Shown: positions 13,395 to 26,905, numbered from the stretch's first letter. The stretch is DNA of 64,000 nucleotides from Camelus dromedarius (GCF_036321535.1 NC_087436.1:54624001-54688000), one strand, 5' to 3'. The notes: generated by a model not told the origin, from the sequence alone. Translations and numbers: made by a program.

Positions 13395-13850
13395 CTAGGT
13401 TAGTTTGCTGTAACAAATGACCCTCCCCCAAATCAAGTAGTTTATAAGAACAAAGGTTTTTTTTTTGTAATTTTTGCTCTTTTCCTTGTTCCTGTTTTGT
13501 GTGAGCTACTTGTCACAGTAGTGCTGTTCTGCCCCACATTTCCCCCTATTCCAGAATTCAGGCTAAAAATAGAGCCTGAAGACCCTATTTAGAACACTCT
13601 ATTCTTGTAACAGAGGAAAGGAGATGGAACCAAGTCTGCAATGGCTCATAAAGTTTCTGCTCACACCTGGCATATTCTCACTTCCACTCAAATTCCATTG
13701 CCCAAAGCAGATCATTTGGACTGGCACAGTGCCATGAGGTTGGGAAGTTCACTTCTTCCACAGACAGGCTCTGCAAGTCACATAATATATAGATGCATAA
13801 TCTAACAGAGGAGGAAGAAAAGAATTTGGAACAGAATACAGTCTATTACA
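13395..13850 (-). mobile_element. MaLR LTR (MLT1J/L-like)
   Basis: gctgtaacaaatgaccctcccc…cacttccactcaaattccattgcccaaagcagatca…. Confidence 0.65.
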
Positions 13851-14159
13851 AACACCAATCATAGTTCTGATACCTGTACTGGTGTTTTTCTCTCCATAGA
13901 TACGACCCTTTATATCCACCTATGGTTTTTGTTGTTGTTATTGTTTCTAATCTGATAAATTGTAATTGTAATTTTGAAATGACTAATATTGATAGCTCTT
14001 ATAAAGGTCTTTTGAAAAACACCTAATCAGATTACTTTTATCCACATGCATGATTAATCTCCTCAAACTCCCCAAATTAACCTAAGGTTTCCTTATATGC
14101 AGATTCATATCACCTTTTCCAAAATTTATACCAAATATGTAGCAGTCTGTTAGACATTT

Positions 14160-15055
14160 TTTGATTTTGCCTACTTAACATTCCAGCTTCTTCTGGTAAT
14201 AATACTCTGATTTTTTAAAAAATTACCCTTTAACCATTTTTAGCCCCCATGTCTTAGTTGAGTATTCTGTGCTTTTAAAGTGTATGAAAATTAACAAAAG
14301 AAAACCTCAACTAAAATTGGAGTCAGGAAGGCCTTAGAGGGAGCTCTCACATCCTACCACTCTTGGTCAGCTATAGAGCCCAACTGGAAAAGACTACCTT
14401 GCACCCCCAACAGAAAGTGTTAACTACTTTGCTACTCTGGCAGGGGGAAGGAAGATTTTGTTCCTGCCCAGCAACAAGTTCAGCCAATGAAATGCCACAG
14501 CTCAGCCAATGAGATGCTATCATCACTTGAGCTCTTATTTTCCTTCAATGGACTTTCATTTCTCTTGTTGATGATTTTCTTATCCCATTTTCTATAAAAA
14601 CTTTGTTTTGTATAACCCCTTGGAGAATCTCTCTACTGAGGTGCTGTCCAATTCATAAATCATTTAATAAAGCCAATTTGGTCTTCAAATTTACTCAATT
14701 AAATTTTAGTTATTAACAACCGTCACTTAGGTGGGTACATGAATCAGGCCGAGCTAAACAGAGCCAATAGATATGAGCCAGACAATAGGAAAAGACTCTC
14801 TCTTTTGTATGGAGTTTATGAAATACTAAGATCCATACCTGGAATTACCAGTAACTCTCTGGCCACCATGAGGGGATAGCTTATCTGAATTACCCAGAGC
14901 AGAGAAAAATATTTCTGACAGTTGAAGAGAAAAAGAAAATAGTAGTAATATTGTTTAAGCACTTAGATGTGTTTGTGCATCAATTTATTTCCCTTTTTGC
15001 TTAAAGTGGTTTGAGTTGGGTTTCTGTCATTTACAATTAAAATAGCCTTGACTCG
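14160..15055 (+). mobile_element. MaLR LTR (MLT1K-like), split by an ERV1 LTR
   Basis: cttcttctggtaat… at the start and gcttaaagtggtttgagttgggtttctgtcattt at the end; interrupted at 14281-14718. Confidence 0.55.
14281..14718 (+). mobile_element. ERV1-like solo LTR
   Basis: TG…TTAACA ends, tandem cagccaatga CCAAT boxes (14481, 14503), ctataaaa TATA (~14592), AATAAA (~14666). TSD not clear. Confidence 0.75.
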
Positions 15056-15334
15056 TGCAGTTTTTTAGAATCTTCTAAAATATAATTGAATATATGCTTT
15101 CTTTCTGTTTCCTTTCCATTTTCCTTTATCTTCTGTAAGTTTTCATTTGATCAGTTGTAGAAAACTGTTTTATTCATTCACTTGACATCAAGTTAGCATA
15201 ACCAAGTATTAGTAAATAAATCTACCCTATGATAAGAAAATTTTTGAGTTCCAAAAGTTCTTTTGACGGCAAGAAATAAAAACTATTATAAGAAATAATT
15301 TACTATAAATTATTTTCCAGTTTCAAGAGAAGGG

Positions 15335-15570
15335 AGTAGCATTATGATGTCAAGAAAAAGAATAGAGCTTAAAATTAATGAATTTGAGCTAGAAATCTAG
15401 TCCTGCTACTTACAAGCATTGTGACCAGGGGGATCATTTAAACTTCATACATATCCTTTCTTAATTTTTAAAATTGGATAATACGAGAATCCTAAGAGAG
15501 CTATTGTGGGGGGTTAAATAAAATGGTACTTGTGAAAAGAATTTTAAAGTTTTATAGGAATGGCCATTAT
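15335..15570 (+). mobile_element. MIR SINE
   Basis: ctgctacttacaagcattgtgacc…tttaaacttc…ttttaaaattggataata. Confidence 0.6.
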
Positions 15571-15579
15571 TCTTACCAT

Positions 15580-15760
15580 AGGGCTGACACAGTTCCAGGA
15601 TTAGCAGCATTTACATCACCTGGGAGTTTGTCAAAAATTCAAATTCCCAGATCTCAGCTCCACTGAATAAGAACTTTTGGGGATGGGGCTCAGGAACCTA
15701 TAGTTTTAAGAAGCTCTTTAGGGAATCCTTGTGAGAGCTTCAGCTTAAAAACCATCACCT
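15580..15760. mobile_element. MER5A-like hAT-Charlie non-autonomous DNA transposon
   Basis: gcagcatttacatcacctgggagtttgtcaaaaattcaaattc…gggctcaggaacc…ttttaagaagctc. Confidence 0.75.
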
Positions 15761-16289
15761 TAAAATTATTATATAAATAAAAGCAGCAAGACACCAGGGT
15801 ATCTATATGGTTGAGGAGGAGGATTCAGTGAACTATAAGAAGTTCATTTATCGAAAACCTTCTGATTTAGCCATGAGATAAAGTGGACACAGGTTTAAAA
15901 AGTCAATATATAAGATAATGATAAGTGAGATATAAGGCATTATGTTCAATTATCAAGGCAATGATATACTGCAAGTGATGTGGGATTAAAAAGGAACGAT
16001 CTTTAAGGACTACATTTTTCTCAGAGGAACAGACAGTTCAGGAATGTATGTATAGTGTTGGGGTAAGAAAAGTGAATGAAAAGAATTCCAGATGAAAGAA
16101 TTAGAGTGAAAAACAAGATAGCAGGGCAAGGCCAGGAGTAAGTTCAGCATGACTAGAGCATGGAGTGCTTTGGAGGAGAAAAACAAAAGCAAAATCAGAA
16201 AAGGAACTAAACTAAAAATGGTTTTTGGTGACAATAAAAGGTAAGTGGATTTCATCTTGTAGAAGGAATTTATAGAGAGAATAGTGCAG

Positions 16290-17020
16290 TGAATAGAACA
16301 CTTTATGCCATAGTGGTTAAAAGCAATGTCTCATATAGTTTTGCTGGATTTAAATCCTAAACCATTACTTACTATCTGTATAAATTTAGCAGACATTTAA
16401 CTACTCTACCTCAAATAGACAGTGGGAATATAATTTACCTACAGAGTTCAGTGCTTATTTGCACTTACCATAATCCACTCTGCCTACTTTAAGCATGGAA
16501 AGAGTTACTACAGAATAGTGAATGGCCTTTGGAAGCACTGGCCAGACTGAAGAAAACATTCTTTATGTGGAGTTTTTAAAAATGATGCCCAAAGCCACAC
16601 TGCAGAACTGGACTAACATAGAAACTGTTGCTCCCGCCATGATCAGAAGCCACTGCTTTATCGAGAAGTCACCACCACATCACTCAGATCCAGAGTCACG
16701 ACATCTCTGCTACAGTTTGTAACAGAAAACAGACACCTCCAGTTCTGCATCTCTTTGACTTCACTCAGTTCTGATTCAAGTTTTGCATGAATACACACGA
16801 ACGCTGCACTGAAACCTTAGCTGGAAATGAATCTGGGGAATGTGGCATTTAACTTTCCCAGCTTCCAGCCCAGGAAGGTACACTAGGAAAAAGATTAAAT
16901 GTTGAAAGAGCCAATCCATATTATCATCTCCTAACTCTCCGGGTGACTGTGAGGATGAGATGAGATTCTGAGTGTCAAAACTTACATAGTGCTCAGCAAA
17001 TGGTAGTGCACAAAAGGTTG
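16290..17020. mobile_element. MIR split by an old MaLR/ERVL-like LTR (~16445-16930)
   Basis: MIR 5' part (gccatagtggttaaaagc…) resumes at ~16935 (gtgaggatgagatgaga…). The insert ends ctggggaatgtggcatttaacttt…gagccaatcc. Confidence 0.5.
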
Positions 17021-18289
17021 AGGATCATAGATTTGAATGAAGAGAAAATGGAAGCAGTAGTCCCTCACGAGATAACTGCTTCAGTTTAGAATACAAGAAA
17101 TAATGGCACAGAATGAAAATGAAAATTGTAAATAGGAATGATAGAATGAATCTATGTGCTATTTCAAAGACATCACAGGCAGGATTAGATGATAGAATGT
17201 AACTGTTAGTTTCCAAGTGTATCGTTCAGAGTGCTAGTGATGTTCAGTATAAGGCTACTTGTTTCATTTCAACATGCATATTGGAAAGGGAATCAAATCT
17301 GTTTCAGTAGCAGAATTGGCTGTCCATAGCCTCGTGTTCTCAGACCCAAATATTGTGAGTTTGTGGCAACTCAGCATTCTCTATGAAAGAGTAAATCTCA
17401 ATAAATGTGCTCTGGGTAGCTCTTATGCGATGTCCCAGAACCTAAATAGGTGTTTACCTGGAGTCAGAAATGAAATGAATGTGCTGTTTTAATTTCATTA
17501 GTCAAAGTATCTCCATTTGAAGGTAGAAGTCAGTAACAGGGAAAAACTTAGGCCATTTTCTACAAGATATTTATTTCCGTGAAAAGTGATTATTAGCAAG
17601 ACCAAAGAAAGTATTGATTCCAAATGCTCAGTAGGAAGTCCAGCTTAACTAGGCTATATGCTCTTCCAGGAAGCTGGCAATAGAGTTCTCGGTGGTTTTT
17701 CACAGTTTACAACGAGGAAACAATTATTGACTCATGCACTTAGTACATGAATAATGGCTGTTCTTTTCCTGATCTCTGGTCGGGGTCTTTGGCTCTCAAT
17801 TTTCTGCTAGCTTCTGTTCATGGCTCTTTTTTTCTCCCTCCTTTCTTCTGTTCATATACAAACAATACAGACTAGCTAGTTTAACTAATATCTTTTACCG
17901 ATCACTGACTTGTCTGCTTAAAGTGATTGTCCAGCTAGTACAAAGGGACACTTACTGCACTTGGTTACCCAGATTAATCCCTTGAAGGATGCGGAGTCCT
18001 CAGGCAGTGTATTCGTGACTAATTTGATATTATTCTAACCTCTGAACTTCTGAGTATGTGGACCAGCTTAGAGTAGTGTTTGTTGCACCTTTCTCTCAAG
18101 ACTATTCACTTTAAAGGCAATGAGACTGAATTTTCTGCTTCTGTATATGTATTTCTTCTGTACATAGGAAAATGCAGTCAGAATGAATTTAATAATGACA
18201 GTTTTAGAAATGATGTGATAAACTGGAACATGTTAAATTGCACTAGTAAATTATTATACAGTGTAGTTATAGAAAAATATGAGAATAAG

Positions 18290-19095
18290 AAAAGTAACAT
18301 TTATTGAGTACTCCCTATGTATCAGGTATTGTGATGAGCACTTCACATATATTCTCCCAATTATTCCTTTTACCAGTTATTTTGAAGGAGGATTAATAAA
18401 ATGACCGCACTTAGGCTAACAGACTGCTCATTCTTATGCTCGCACTTAAAACGGTCAACTGACCTGACTGACCAGTTGCTACTCACAGTTCCAGGCCCAT
18501 TGTTAAAACTAAAGCTATTGATCTTACTGTTTCTATTTTATTCCAGTCATTGAAAGTAATAATCATGCTTGGTCTCTGAGTCCTTCTCCAGGGTCACAGG
18601 ACTATAACCTTACAAAATAGCCTGAATTACCAAGAAGACCACATCTTGAGTGCTTACGAGATGAAGAAATCGAACTGCTAACTGGTTGCCTGGAGGCATC
18701 ATGATGCCATTCTGTCTTCTGATGAAGATATGATTCTGTTGACTGTTATCGATGCTGTATTGTTTGAGCTATGGCTATATAACCACCCAACCCCATCCCC
18801 AAGGTGGGCTTCCAGTTTTGAAGGCACTAGCCTGCTGCAAGTCTCCTTTGCCTGGCAAAGCAATAAAATTGCCTCTTTTCTTCTGAGCTCCCAGACCTTG
18901 TCTCTGAGTTATTTGGTTCATCCGGGACGGCAGCCGATCTTTCGGCAACAATATGTGTTAAAAACTATCATCGCCATTTAACAGACAAGCAAACTGATCT
19001 TTAGAGACATTAAGAGACTCATCCAATGTCACACACATACAGCTAAGAAGAACAGTTCAGTTTTCAAACAAGGCAACTGGATTCCAGAATCAGGG
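18290..19095 (-). mobile_element. MIR SINE split by an ERV1 LTR
   Basis: aacatttattgagtact…cacttcacatat before the LTR; catttaacagacaagcaaactga…aatgtcacac after it. Confidence 0.65.
18383..18950 (+). mobile_element. ERV1-like solo LTR
   Basis: TGAAGG…GGCAACA ends, ctatataa TATA (~18775), AATAAA (18862). Imperfect 4-bp flanks (attt/atat). Confidence 0.8.
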
Positions 19096-19473
19096 GAAAC
19101 AGACGTGTGTGTCTCATGTGAACAAAGATTTTAATTTCTTAATGCTAATATGAAATTGATTCACTAAGCAATTTCTCAGGAAAAGCAAATACTAAATGTC
19201 ACAACAGATGGAATGCTAGTTTGTTATCTTATTCTGCCCTTAGCTGCTAGCTTTAAAATTTCGGTTAGGAAATAAAAGAAAAAGTGGATGAGAAAGAATA
19301 GAACCACAAGGGAGCAAATCTATTAGAAAGACAAATTCAGTACATTCAATAAGGAAATGAAAACCAGATAGGGTTTATCTCTAAACTACTTTTTAAAGAG
19401 CAAGAGTTTTAAGGAAAACAGTACTTGTTTATCCCATTCTTTTGCAGAATATTGGTAATATACATCATTATAT

Positions 19474-20104
19474 TGAGACACAAAAGGGGGCAGGGCACAG
19501 CCTTTCAAGGAATGCTACAGCAATTAACATCAAAATAGCGAAAGATTCAACCCCCAATAGGCCTTGAGGCTCAAGATGGTGGGAGATTTGACATCCAGTA
19601 GACCTTGAGCTTCATTATATGCCCACTGTAATACATTAGCATGGTGAATAACACACCCACAGGCACCATGGCAGTCCCAAGGCTAGTCACAAAAGGTCAA
19701 AGAGTGGGAAATGGCCAAATTCCTAGGAATCCCAGCCCCTTCCCCAGGCTAGTTAGATTGGTCCTTCCACGTATTAGTATATGAAGCCCCTGAGCCCGTA
19801 AAAACTGGCAACATGGTGCCTCACGTCTGCCCTCTCTCTCCCTCTTTGGAGATGGCCCGTGCTCTGCCTATAGTGTGTGTACCCACTTTTAATCTGAGCA
19901 CCCAACCCCCCACACCTTGTGGCCTTTCTCTTGCCTTTCAGTGTATCTCTCTGAATAAATCTACCTTCACTCAACTGTGGCTCGCTCTTGAATTCTTTCC
20001 TGTGTGAAGCCAAGGACCCACACTTGGCGGGGCATGTCCCAGGGGCTCAACTGAAGCCTGGGATATGGCCCTCCTCACGCCCCACATCCGTTTTTCCTGC
20101 ATCA
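19474..20104 (+). mobile_element. ERV1-like solo LTR with intact TSD
   Basis: TGAGAC…GCATCA termini, perfect 4-bp TSD ATAT (19470-19473, 20105-20108), AATAAA at 19954. Confidence 0.88.
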
Positions 20105-21849
20105 ATATCTGCATATACCATACATTAGTACTGCTTGCATCTGCAGAATCCAGAAGCTCAGCTATCATTTCTTGGCTCACTTTTGTTCTTTTCATATTTA
20201 ATCACATAGTGAGAAAGTGGTAGTCTGTGGCCAATGAAACACCTACTCCAAGACCTCTGGCCAAGTGGAGGGCGTTTCCAGCACACCCAGAAGTCAAAAC
20301 GATACTTCAAGACAAAGACATATGAGCTACCTGCATCTTAGACTTCATCCCACCAAATTACTGCCATAGATTCTAGTGGGCACTATCAGAGAAGGCATCT
20401 ATGCAACTTCCCTTTGATTTCTTGCCATTTCTAGGTTTTACAACAGATTATGACAGCTCAGTGAGCTAAAGGCTTTGAACAAATCCTAAGTTTCATTTTC
20501 TCTTTCTTTGGCCCAACTTTTGACAGTGAAATCAGCCTAAAGGGCCCAGTCTGGGAAGGTAGCTTCCCAATGACTTATGCGATGTCACTTTCTTGATGAT
20601 TAACCTGTATAAATCATGCTGGTATTTTCAGCATTGCCCTTTATATTCTTACCAATTTTCAGAGCAAGAAGAAATTAGCCCACTCTGCTCATTGATCTTG
20701 TGATGGAAATTGTACTTCATAGCAGGGGTTCTACTGAAAAACCGTGAACACTACAAATAACTTATCAATTTACTTTTAATCAATAAAGCTTCTCACGATG
20801 CATTATTCTAGCAATTGGTCTAAATCACTGTGACTATAACTGTTGTTTTCAAAACCTTTTAATCTAATTGGAAAATCTTCCTTTGTACTAGTAATAAACA
20901 CTCACTAAACTGTCTGCACCTAATTGAGCTATAATAATTCATGGGTGCTCCTTACTGTTTTCCCCCTTTTTAATCAGACAGACCACTTTATGTCTTTAAC
21001 TAATGAAACCTAAGAATCCACCCTGTAGGTCTGGTCAAATGTCATGAGTGAATAAATCTTCATTAACACTTGCAGGTTCCAAACCTGGTCTCCATCTTAA
21101 TTATTGTCTCACAATTGTAGTTGTCAGGTGGCAAATGCTTTTTCTCCATTTCTTCAAATAACATGCCTTCATCACCAGATCTACTTGTAAAGCACAGCCC
21201 TCTGGCAGCAAGTGTCTGTGGAGCCCTTGGAATGAAAGCAGAGTTGACTCGCTAGTAAAATGAAGACCATGACCCCTGGTCTTGGGCACTGCTTCTGTTT
21301 CAGCTTCGTCCGCAACTTTTCCTACCTCTTACACTTGTCAGTATGAAACACACTTCTGTCAGTTTACCCAAGGTGTTCAAACCCTGGTCAATTAACATAC
21401 ACTACCCAATGTCAGAAAACAAGAGACAAACCAAAATACTGTTAAGAGGAATATTCCCATAATAGCTATCCCAGTAGGAAAGTCTTCCTGGGAAACTAAG
21501 GTCAGAGCAAGTAGAGTTAGATGATACTGAGTTTGGAGGTGTGTCACCTCCAATGACCAATCAAGTCCTCTGGAAGGTCTCCATTAACTATATTCATATT
21601 AAACTGATGGAGCACTTATTTCCCTATGCTCAGAAACACTGATTGATCAGGTTTATTTTGAAAGTTCCTCTTTATCCCATCTGCTTCATTTTGAAACATA
21701 CCCTTAATTATTTATATAATTCCAAAAAAGTATGCCACCCACAAGTGACTTGGGTACCTTCAAATTAATAAAGGAGAAATAGATGCCAACAAGCAGGAGG
21801 TGGATCAAAAAAGAAAGCAACAGCATTAGCCCCAAGAGAGCTAGTTTAA

Positions 21850-22125
21850 TGGCTAGTTAACAAATGCTCATGCAGTTTTAACCATATGCCAGGTACTCTT
21901 CTAAGTCCTTTTCAAATCTTAATTAAAAAAAAAAAAAAAGAACTCCAAAGAGGTTGCTCTTATTGAAAAAGAAATAACATTTTCCAGTTGAGGGAACTGA
22001 GACACAGAGAGTTTAAGTACCTCGTTACAGGCACACAACTAACAACAGGTAGAACTGGAATTTGAGTGTTGGTAGACAGGCTTTGGAAGGAATGCTTTTC
22101 CTCCACATTCTGCTATGGCTCTGCA
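21850..22125 (-). mobile_element. MIR SINE
   Basis: tatgccaggtactcttctaag…gagggaactgagacacagagagtttaagtacc. Confidence 0.7.
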
Positions 22126-22229
22126 CAACTGAATATCTGACTTGATTCTGAGTTTCAGAAAGTAGGGCAAAAATGGAGCATAATGATACCTCGAGAAGAC
22201 ATTCCTCCTGGTATTTAATTATAAAAAGG

Positions 22230-22480
22230 TGTTTTTGCACTTATTCTGGAGAACTCTAGTCTCTCAGAATGATCACTCAAAAAAGGATCCATGGCTTAAT
22301 GAACTGGGGAACTTTACCCATGTTATATCTTTGGAAATTCACAAGCGTTATCAGCATGCTAATGGCTCTGTGATGTACAATGAGGGCATAAGTATAACCA
22401 GGTGTGACCTGGTATTTGCAGACCCACTCAACAGCAGAACAATGTTTTCTGGAAGACTCACTAAAATCTTGCAGAACTAA
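22230..22480. mobile_element. hAT-Charlie relic (MER103/Charlie4z-like)
   Basis: aaaaaaggatccatggcttaatgaactgggga…cagcatgctaatggctctgtga resembles the Charlie consensus from memory. Confidence 0.45.
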
Positions 22481-23114
22481 TGATTCTCCATGAATCATCT
22501 TTTGGAAAAGATGATTTGGAAAAGTCATATTAAAGTCTTGTTTAATGTAGGTCCTCAGAGGGACACTGAATAATATACTCAATGTTTCCTTAACACAAAT
22601 CCAAAAAACAAATACTGAATTGGTTTTTAAATGCTTTCATCAAGTTTTTTTAAATTGAATGATTAACACTGAAATACAATGTGTTACAGGTGGTCCTGAA
22701 TGAAGCTAACGTATATTACTTTCCTATGGTCATTAGATGGAGTAAAGACGGGATGTGGGAGCCACCTGTCACAATTTCTAAAACTATAACTTAAAAGTTT
22801 CAGATTAGTGGCTTCCCAACTGAAAATTGGGAAAATGCTTATTAATACAACCTTAAATCATGCTGTAAAATGGGGGTAAAGCTATTGTATTCCACAATAC
22901 AGAAATTTTTGTCTATAAGGAAAGTCATTTTTCCTCACCATTAGGTCAATTACTAACCTCAGAGCCTTGTTTTTGTTTGCTTGTTTTTTGAAAAGTTCTA
23001 TGTAGCCTTTTCTGTTTGGGGCCTACAGTTGACTTTTCTGTAGTGCCTAGAGTGTGTCTTTGCACAGCACTGGGGAAGTTCTTGTCTTGTCTGTTTCTGC
23101 TTGGATATTCTTCA

Positions 23115-23325
23115 GTGGTTCAGAATATGAGCTTTAAACTGGTCAGCATGCGGTTAGAAATCTCCCACTTGTTAATTCCACAACTTTGGTCAAGTTACTT
23201 TACAGTGATAAATCTTTGCTTCTTGACCTACACAATGTGAGAAATGATAAAACTTGATATTCATGGTAATTGTGAGGCTTAACTGACATAATGCTTATAA
23301 AATGTTTAGTGTGGTAGACGGGCAT
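23115..23325 (+). mobile_element. MIR SINE
   Basis: ctttggtcaagttacttt…gtgaggcttaactgacataatgcttataaaatgtttag. Confidence 0.65.
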
Positions 23326-23349
23326 CACCCATAACTGGTGTCTCCACCT

Positions 23350-23540
23350 AATATAGCCTCAAACGTTAGTTTCCATCAGAAACACTGGAGGGCTTGTTAA
23401 CACAGATTTCTGAGCTTTACCCCCCAGGGTTTCTGATTCAGTGGATCTGGGATGAGGCCTGAGAATCTGCATTACTAATAACTTCCCCAGTGATGCTGAC
23501 ACTGTTGGTTTGAGGACCACACTGAGAATCACTGCCATAG
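23350..23540. mobile_element. MER5A-like hAT-Charlie element
   Basis: catcagaaacactggagggcttgttaacacagatt…tctgattcagtggatctgggatgaggcctgagaatctgca…ccacactgagaatcactg. Confidence 0.85.
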
Positions 23541-25682
23541 AGTAACTGACATATGTTCTACAAAAAGAGAAGCTATCAAAGTGATCATGTCATTATCAGG
23601 TACATTTATCAGAGGCATTTAACAGAGACACCTATCAGACCTTTAAGAAAAAGACTTTAGGCAGAATCATTATCTAACACTGGAGTCTTGTCAAGGGATT
23701 TGTCAAGAGGTAAACAAACATCTTCAGCTGGTTTGCACTAGTCTTATATTGGCCTGGGATGGTTTCTTCTTCCAAAACAGTATTGCATTCAAGCTTAATG
23801 CTAAGTAGCAATGTTTTGCTTCATTGTTGTTTTGTATCAAATTCCTATGTTGTGACATAATGGTGGTCTGACCTATTAGAGCCCATTTTACACTCTCCCA
23901 GGTCTATCTCAGTGGTGCGGTGAGGATGGTTCTCCCCTAAAAGTTATCCAGTGAAAAATAACACTCATGAGTCATTGGGCCCCCTGAGCACGCAGCCCAG
24001 ACTAGAATCATTGAAAAGTTCATAGTTTCATCTTAGAGCAGATGGAAGCAGCTAGAGGAAATGATAGGCAGAAAGGGAACAGACTTTATCACACCTTCTA
24101 AGTTAATATTGACCTGGGAAAAAAACACAATGGTTTCGAAGTTCGTCCTGATAACTGAGAAAGCCTTTTTAATTAGAGGTAATGTCAAAAAGGTGGCTAT
24201 TCCCCCAAATTCCAGCTCACCTACCATCTGCTACTGATAAAGGTTGCAATTAAGGAATGTTAAGAGTAAGGTCTAATTACCTTCCTACCCCTGTATCTTG
24301 GTCCCTTGTTGCTCTTTGATAGCCTTAATTGAAGCCCACATGTGAATTCCATCTTCTGCTGCATGCTGGCTCCTTCTGCCTGAATATGCACAAATCATCA
24401 TAAATCCAAAGTTGCCCTCTGAGTGTCTGTTGTTAGAAACACAGTCTTACCCTTTTCAACTTTTCTGTGTGTTCTCTTTTTTTTTTTTTTAAACCATTAT
24501 TACCCTGAGTGTGGCAGTGATAGCCGTTCTAAATTCAGTTTCCCAAGAATGGCACTCGTCACTGGCCTTATCTTCCTCTTTGGTAAATTTGAGGATGCAG
24601 TGGAAGTGGCAGCCCTTCTCACCAAACCCTCACCAAGTGTACTGAGATCTGTGTGGTCATATTGTTTTGGCATCACCTCTTCTTCTGTAAGTCATAGAAA
24701 CGAATTTAAGAACTCTATTTTTAGTAGGGAAATTTTGCTTCCTATGCTTTGGGTAATGCCAGTAGAGAACAGAAAAAGGAGAGCAGGATTACGTTGGAAG
24801 GCAATTAGGACTGACTACCGAGGATCTGGCTGTATGGGATTTGCGGCTTGTTTGCCCTCCTACTGCCAGATAAAAACTGACATTCAGGCTCCATGTTGCC
24901 ATGGTGTTTTTTAGGAGGAGAGATTCACCTCATTGCACTGACCTGGAAAAGTATAAAATAACTGTTTCATCAAGGCCATCATAAATATATCTCTACAAGT
25001 GGTGCCCAGAATCCACAGAAGATCTCTAAATATCTGAGTTTATGAAATTTATTTATATCCGGCATCTGTTCAGTTTTTTTCAGCAATTCTTTTAGCAAAA
25101 ACTGAAGAGCCATATCCTGATAATTTGCCACTTTATCACACAATTCAGAACAGCAGCAAAATACAGGCAGTTATTCTTTGTGGAGCACTTCTAGGCACAA
25201 AACCATATGCTGTTCTTGCTTGGGATCATTGTAAATCTTTAAATATTTAAATGTAGTTGCCTCTAAAAGTGATATTACCTCCAAAACAATTTAATGTGAA
25301 CAATTCAACACCTAGAATGTCTACGTACTAAACATTTAATTGAGTTCATGCCTGTATCCCTGCAAACGATGGCAAATGGCTTTCATGTGTTTGCATGAAT
25401 AACTAAAGTAGGCTATAAATTAACATATTACATTTTTTTTCTTTTAAAATAGTCCACCAGGACTTGAAGTCATTGAGTTTTAAAGTTAGGACTTCAAAAT
25501 CATATAGTCCAGTGATTTGCAACCACCTATACATTATAATAAGCTTTGTAATAACTAAAGCACGTATATCTGAGCTCCAGCTATATAAACAAAAATTTGA
25601 GATTCTTATTCAGTGCATGAGTAAGAATGGGAACATGGCATGTATATTTTTAGATGTTTCAGAGATCATTCTGATGGGCACT

Positions 25683-26152
25683 TGTATTAGTTTCCTGGAG
25701 CTGCCATAAAAATGATCATAAACTGTGTGGCTTAATACAACTGAAATGCATTCTCTCACAGTTCAGGAGGCTGGAAGTCTAAAATCAAGGTGTCAGTAGA
25801 GCTGTGCTCTCACTGAAAGTTCTGGAGAGGAAGAATCTTTCCTTGCCTTTTCCTGGCTTCTGGGGGTTGCTGGAGATCATTATCACTCCCTGTCCAGCCG
25901 CAGTGCCCTGTTCTCTGCCTCTGTTGTCACATGGCCTTCTTCCCTGTGTATCTGTGCCTCAGAATCTCTCCTTGTAAGGACACCAGTCATTGGATATAGG
26001 GCCCAACCTAACCCAGAATGATCTCATCTTAACTTGATTACATCTGCAAAGCCCTATTTCCAAATAAGGTCATGTTCACAAGTACCTGGCCTTAGGATTT
26101 AAACATATGAGGAGGGTGTGGATAGGGAGGTGACACAATTAAACCCAGTAAA
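25683..26152 (-). mobile_element. MaLR solo LTR (MLT1C/D-like)
   Basis: tgtattagtttcct…tctctcacagttcaggaggctggaagtc…ccaaataaggtca. Near-perfect 5-bp TSD gcact (25678-25682) / gcacc (26153-26157). Confidence 0.9.
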
Positions 26153-26284
26153 GCACCCAAAATAAAAAGTTCTGGTTCTCGTTTCTCCAAAATTCACCGA
26201 CACCATTGTATTTCAGATAGAGAAGTGAAGTGACTTGTGCAACTCCCTTAAGAAAGGAGTCCCCAATTAACATAATAAACCTTC

Positions 26285-26690
26285 ATTATTTAGGCGTTTC
26301 TGAGGGTTAGCAACCCAGAAACAGCTTAGTTGGCTGGTTCTGGCTCAGGGTCTCTCATGAGGTTTTAGGCAAACTGGTATCTGAGGTTATAGTCATCTGA
26401 TGGCTTAAACAGGGTTGGAGGATCCCCTCTGAATCCCTCTCAGCTCTGCTCTGCCAGTTGGCTTTAGGCCTCAGTTCCTTACCAGGTCAGCCTCCCCACT
26501 TGGATGTTCATGATATGACAGTGTCCACACAGTGAGGAATCTGAGCTAGAAATAAGAAACCAAGACAGAAGCCACAGTGCCTTTGGTAACCTAATGGTAC
26601 ATCACTTCTGTCATAATTGGTCAAAGTTGGGGAACATACAAGGTTTAATACCAGGAGGGACAGATCATGCAGGGCCATGCTGGAAGCTAG
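26285..26690 (-). mobile_element. MaLR LTR (MLT1H-like)
   Basis: cagcttagttggctggttctggctcagggtctctcatgagg…catcacttctgtcata…ataccaggagg. Confidence 0.7.
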
Positions 26691-26729
26691 ATATTCTAAG
26701 CTGGGAGTCAGGCATTTTGACTTCCGGAC

Positions 26730-26905
26730 CAGAAGACAAAATCATTGCCACTCAAACTGTGATCCAAGGGTTGGCATCACTTAGGAGCTGAGTAGAAATC
26801 TGAATCTCAGGCTTTATTTCATATCTACTGAATTAGAACCTATATTTTAATAAGATCTCCAAGTCATCTGTATGCACACTATATTGTGAGAAGCCCTAGG
26901 CTAGA
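26730..26905. mobile_element. MER5-like hAT element
   Basis: ctcaaactgtgatcc…ggcatcacttaggagct…ctactgaattagaacc…ttttaataagatctcc. Confidence 0.65.

Noticed and set aside
17956..18070. Minus-strand exon ending at GCA|gtaagt
   Set aside because: Donor-like site only; no acceptor with a good pyrimidine tract was found.
24423..24914. Longest ORF (163 aa) as a real gene
   Set aside because: Starts at GTG, runs through a T homopolymer, has no recognisable domain and no convincing exon boundaries.
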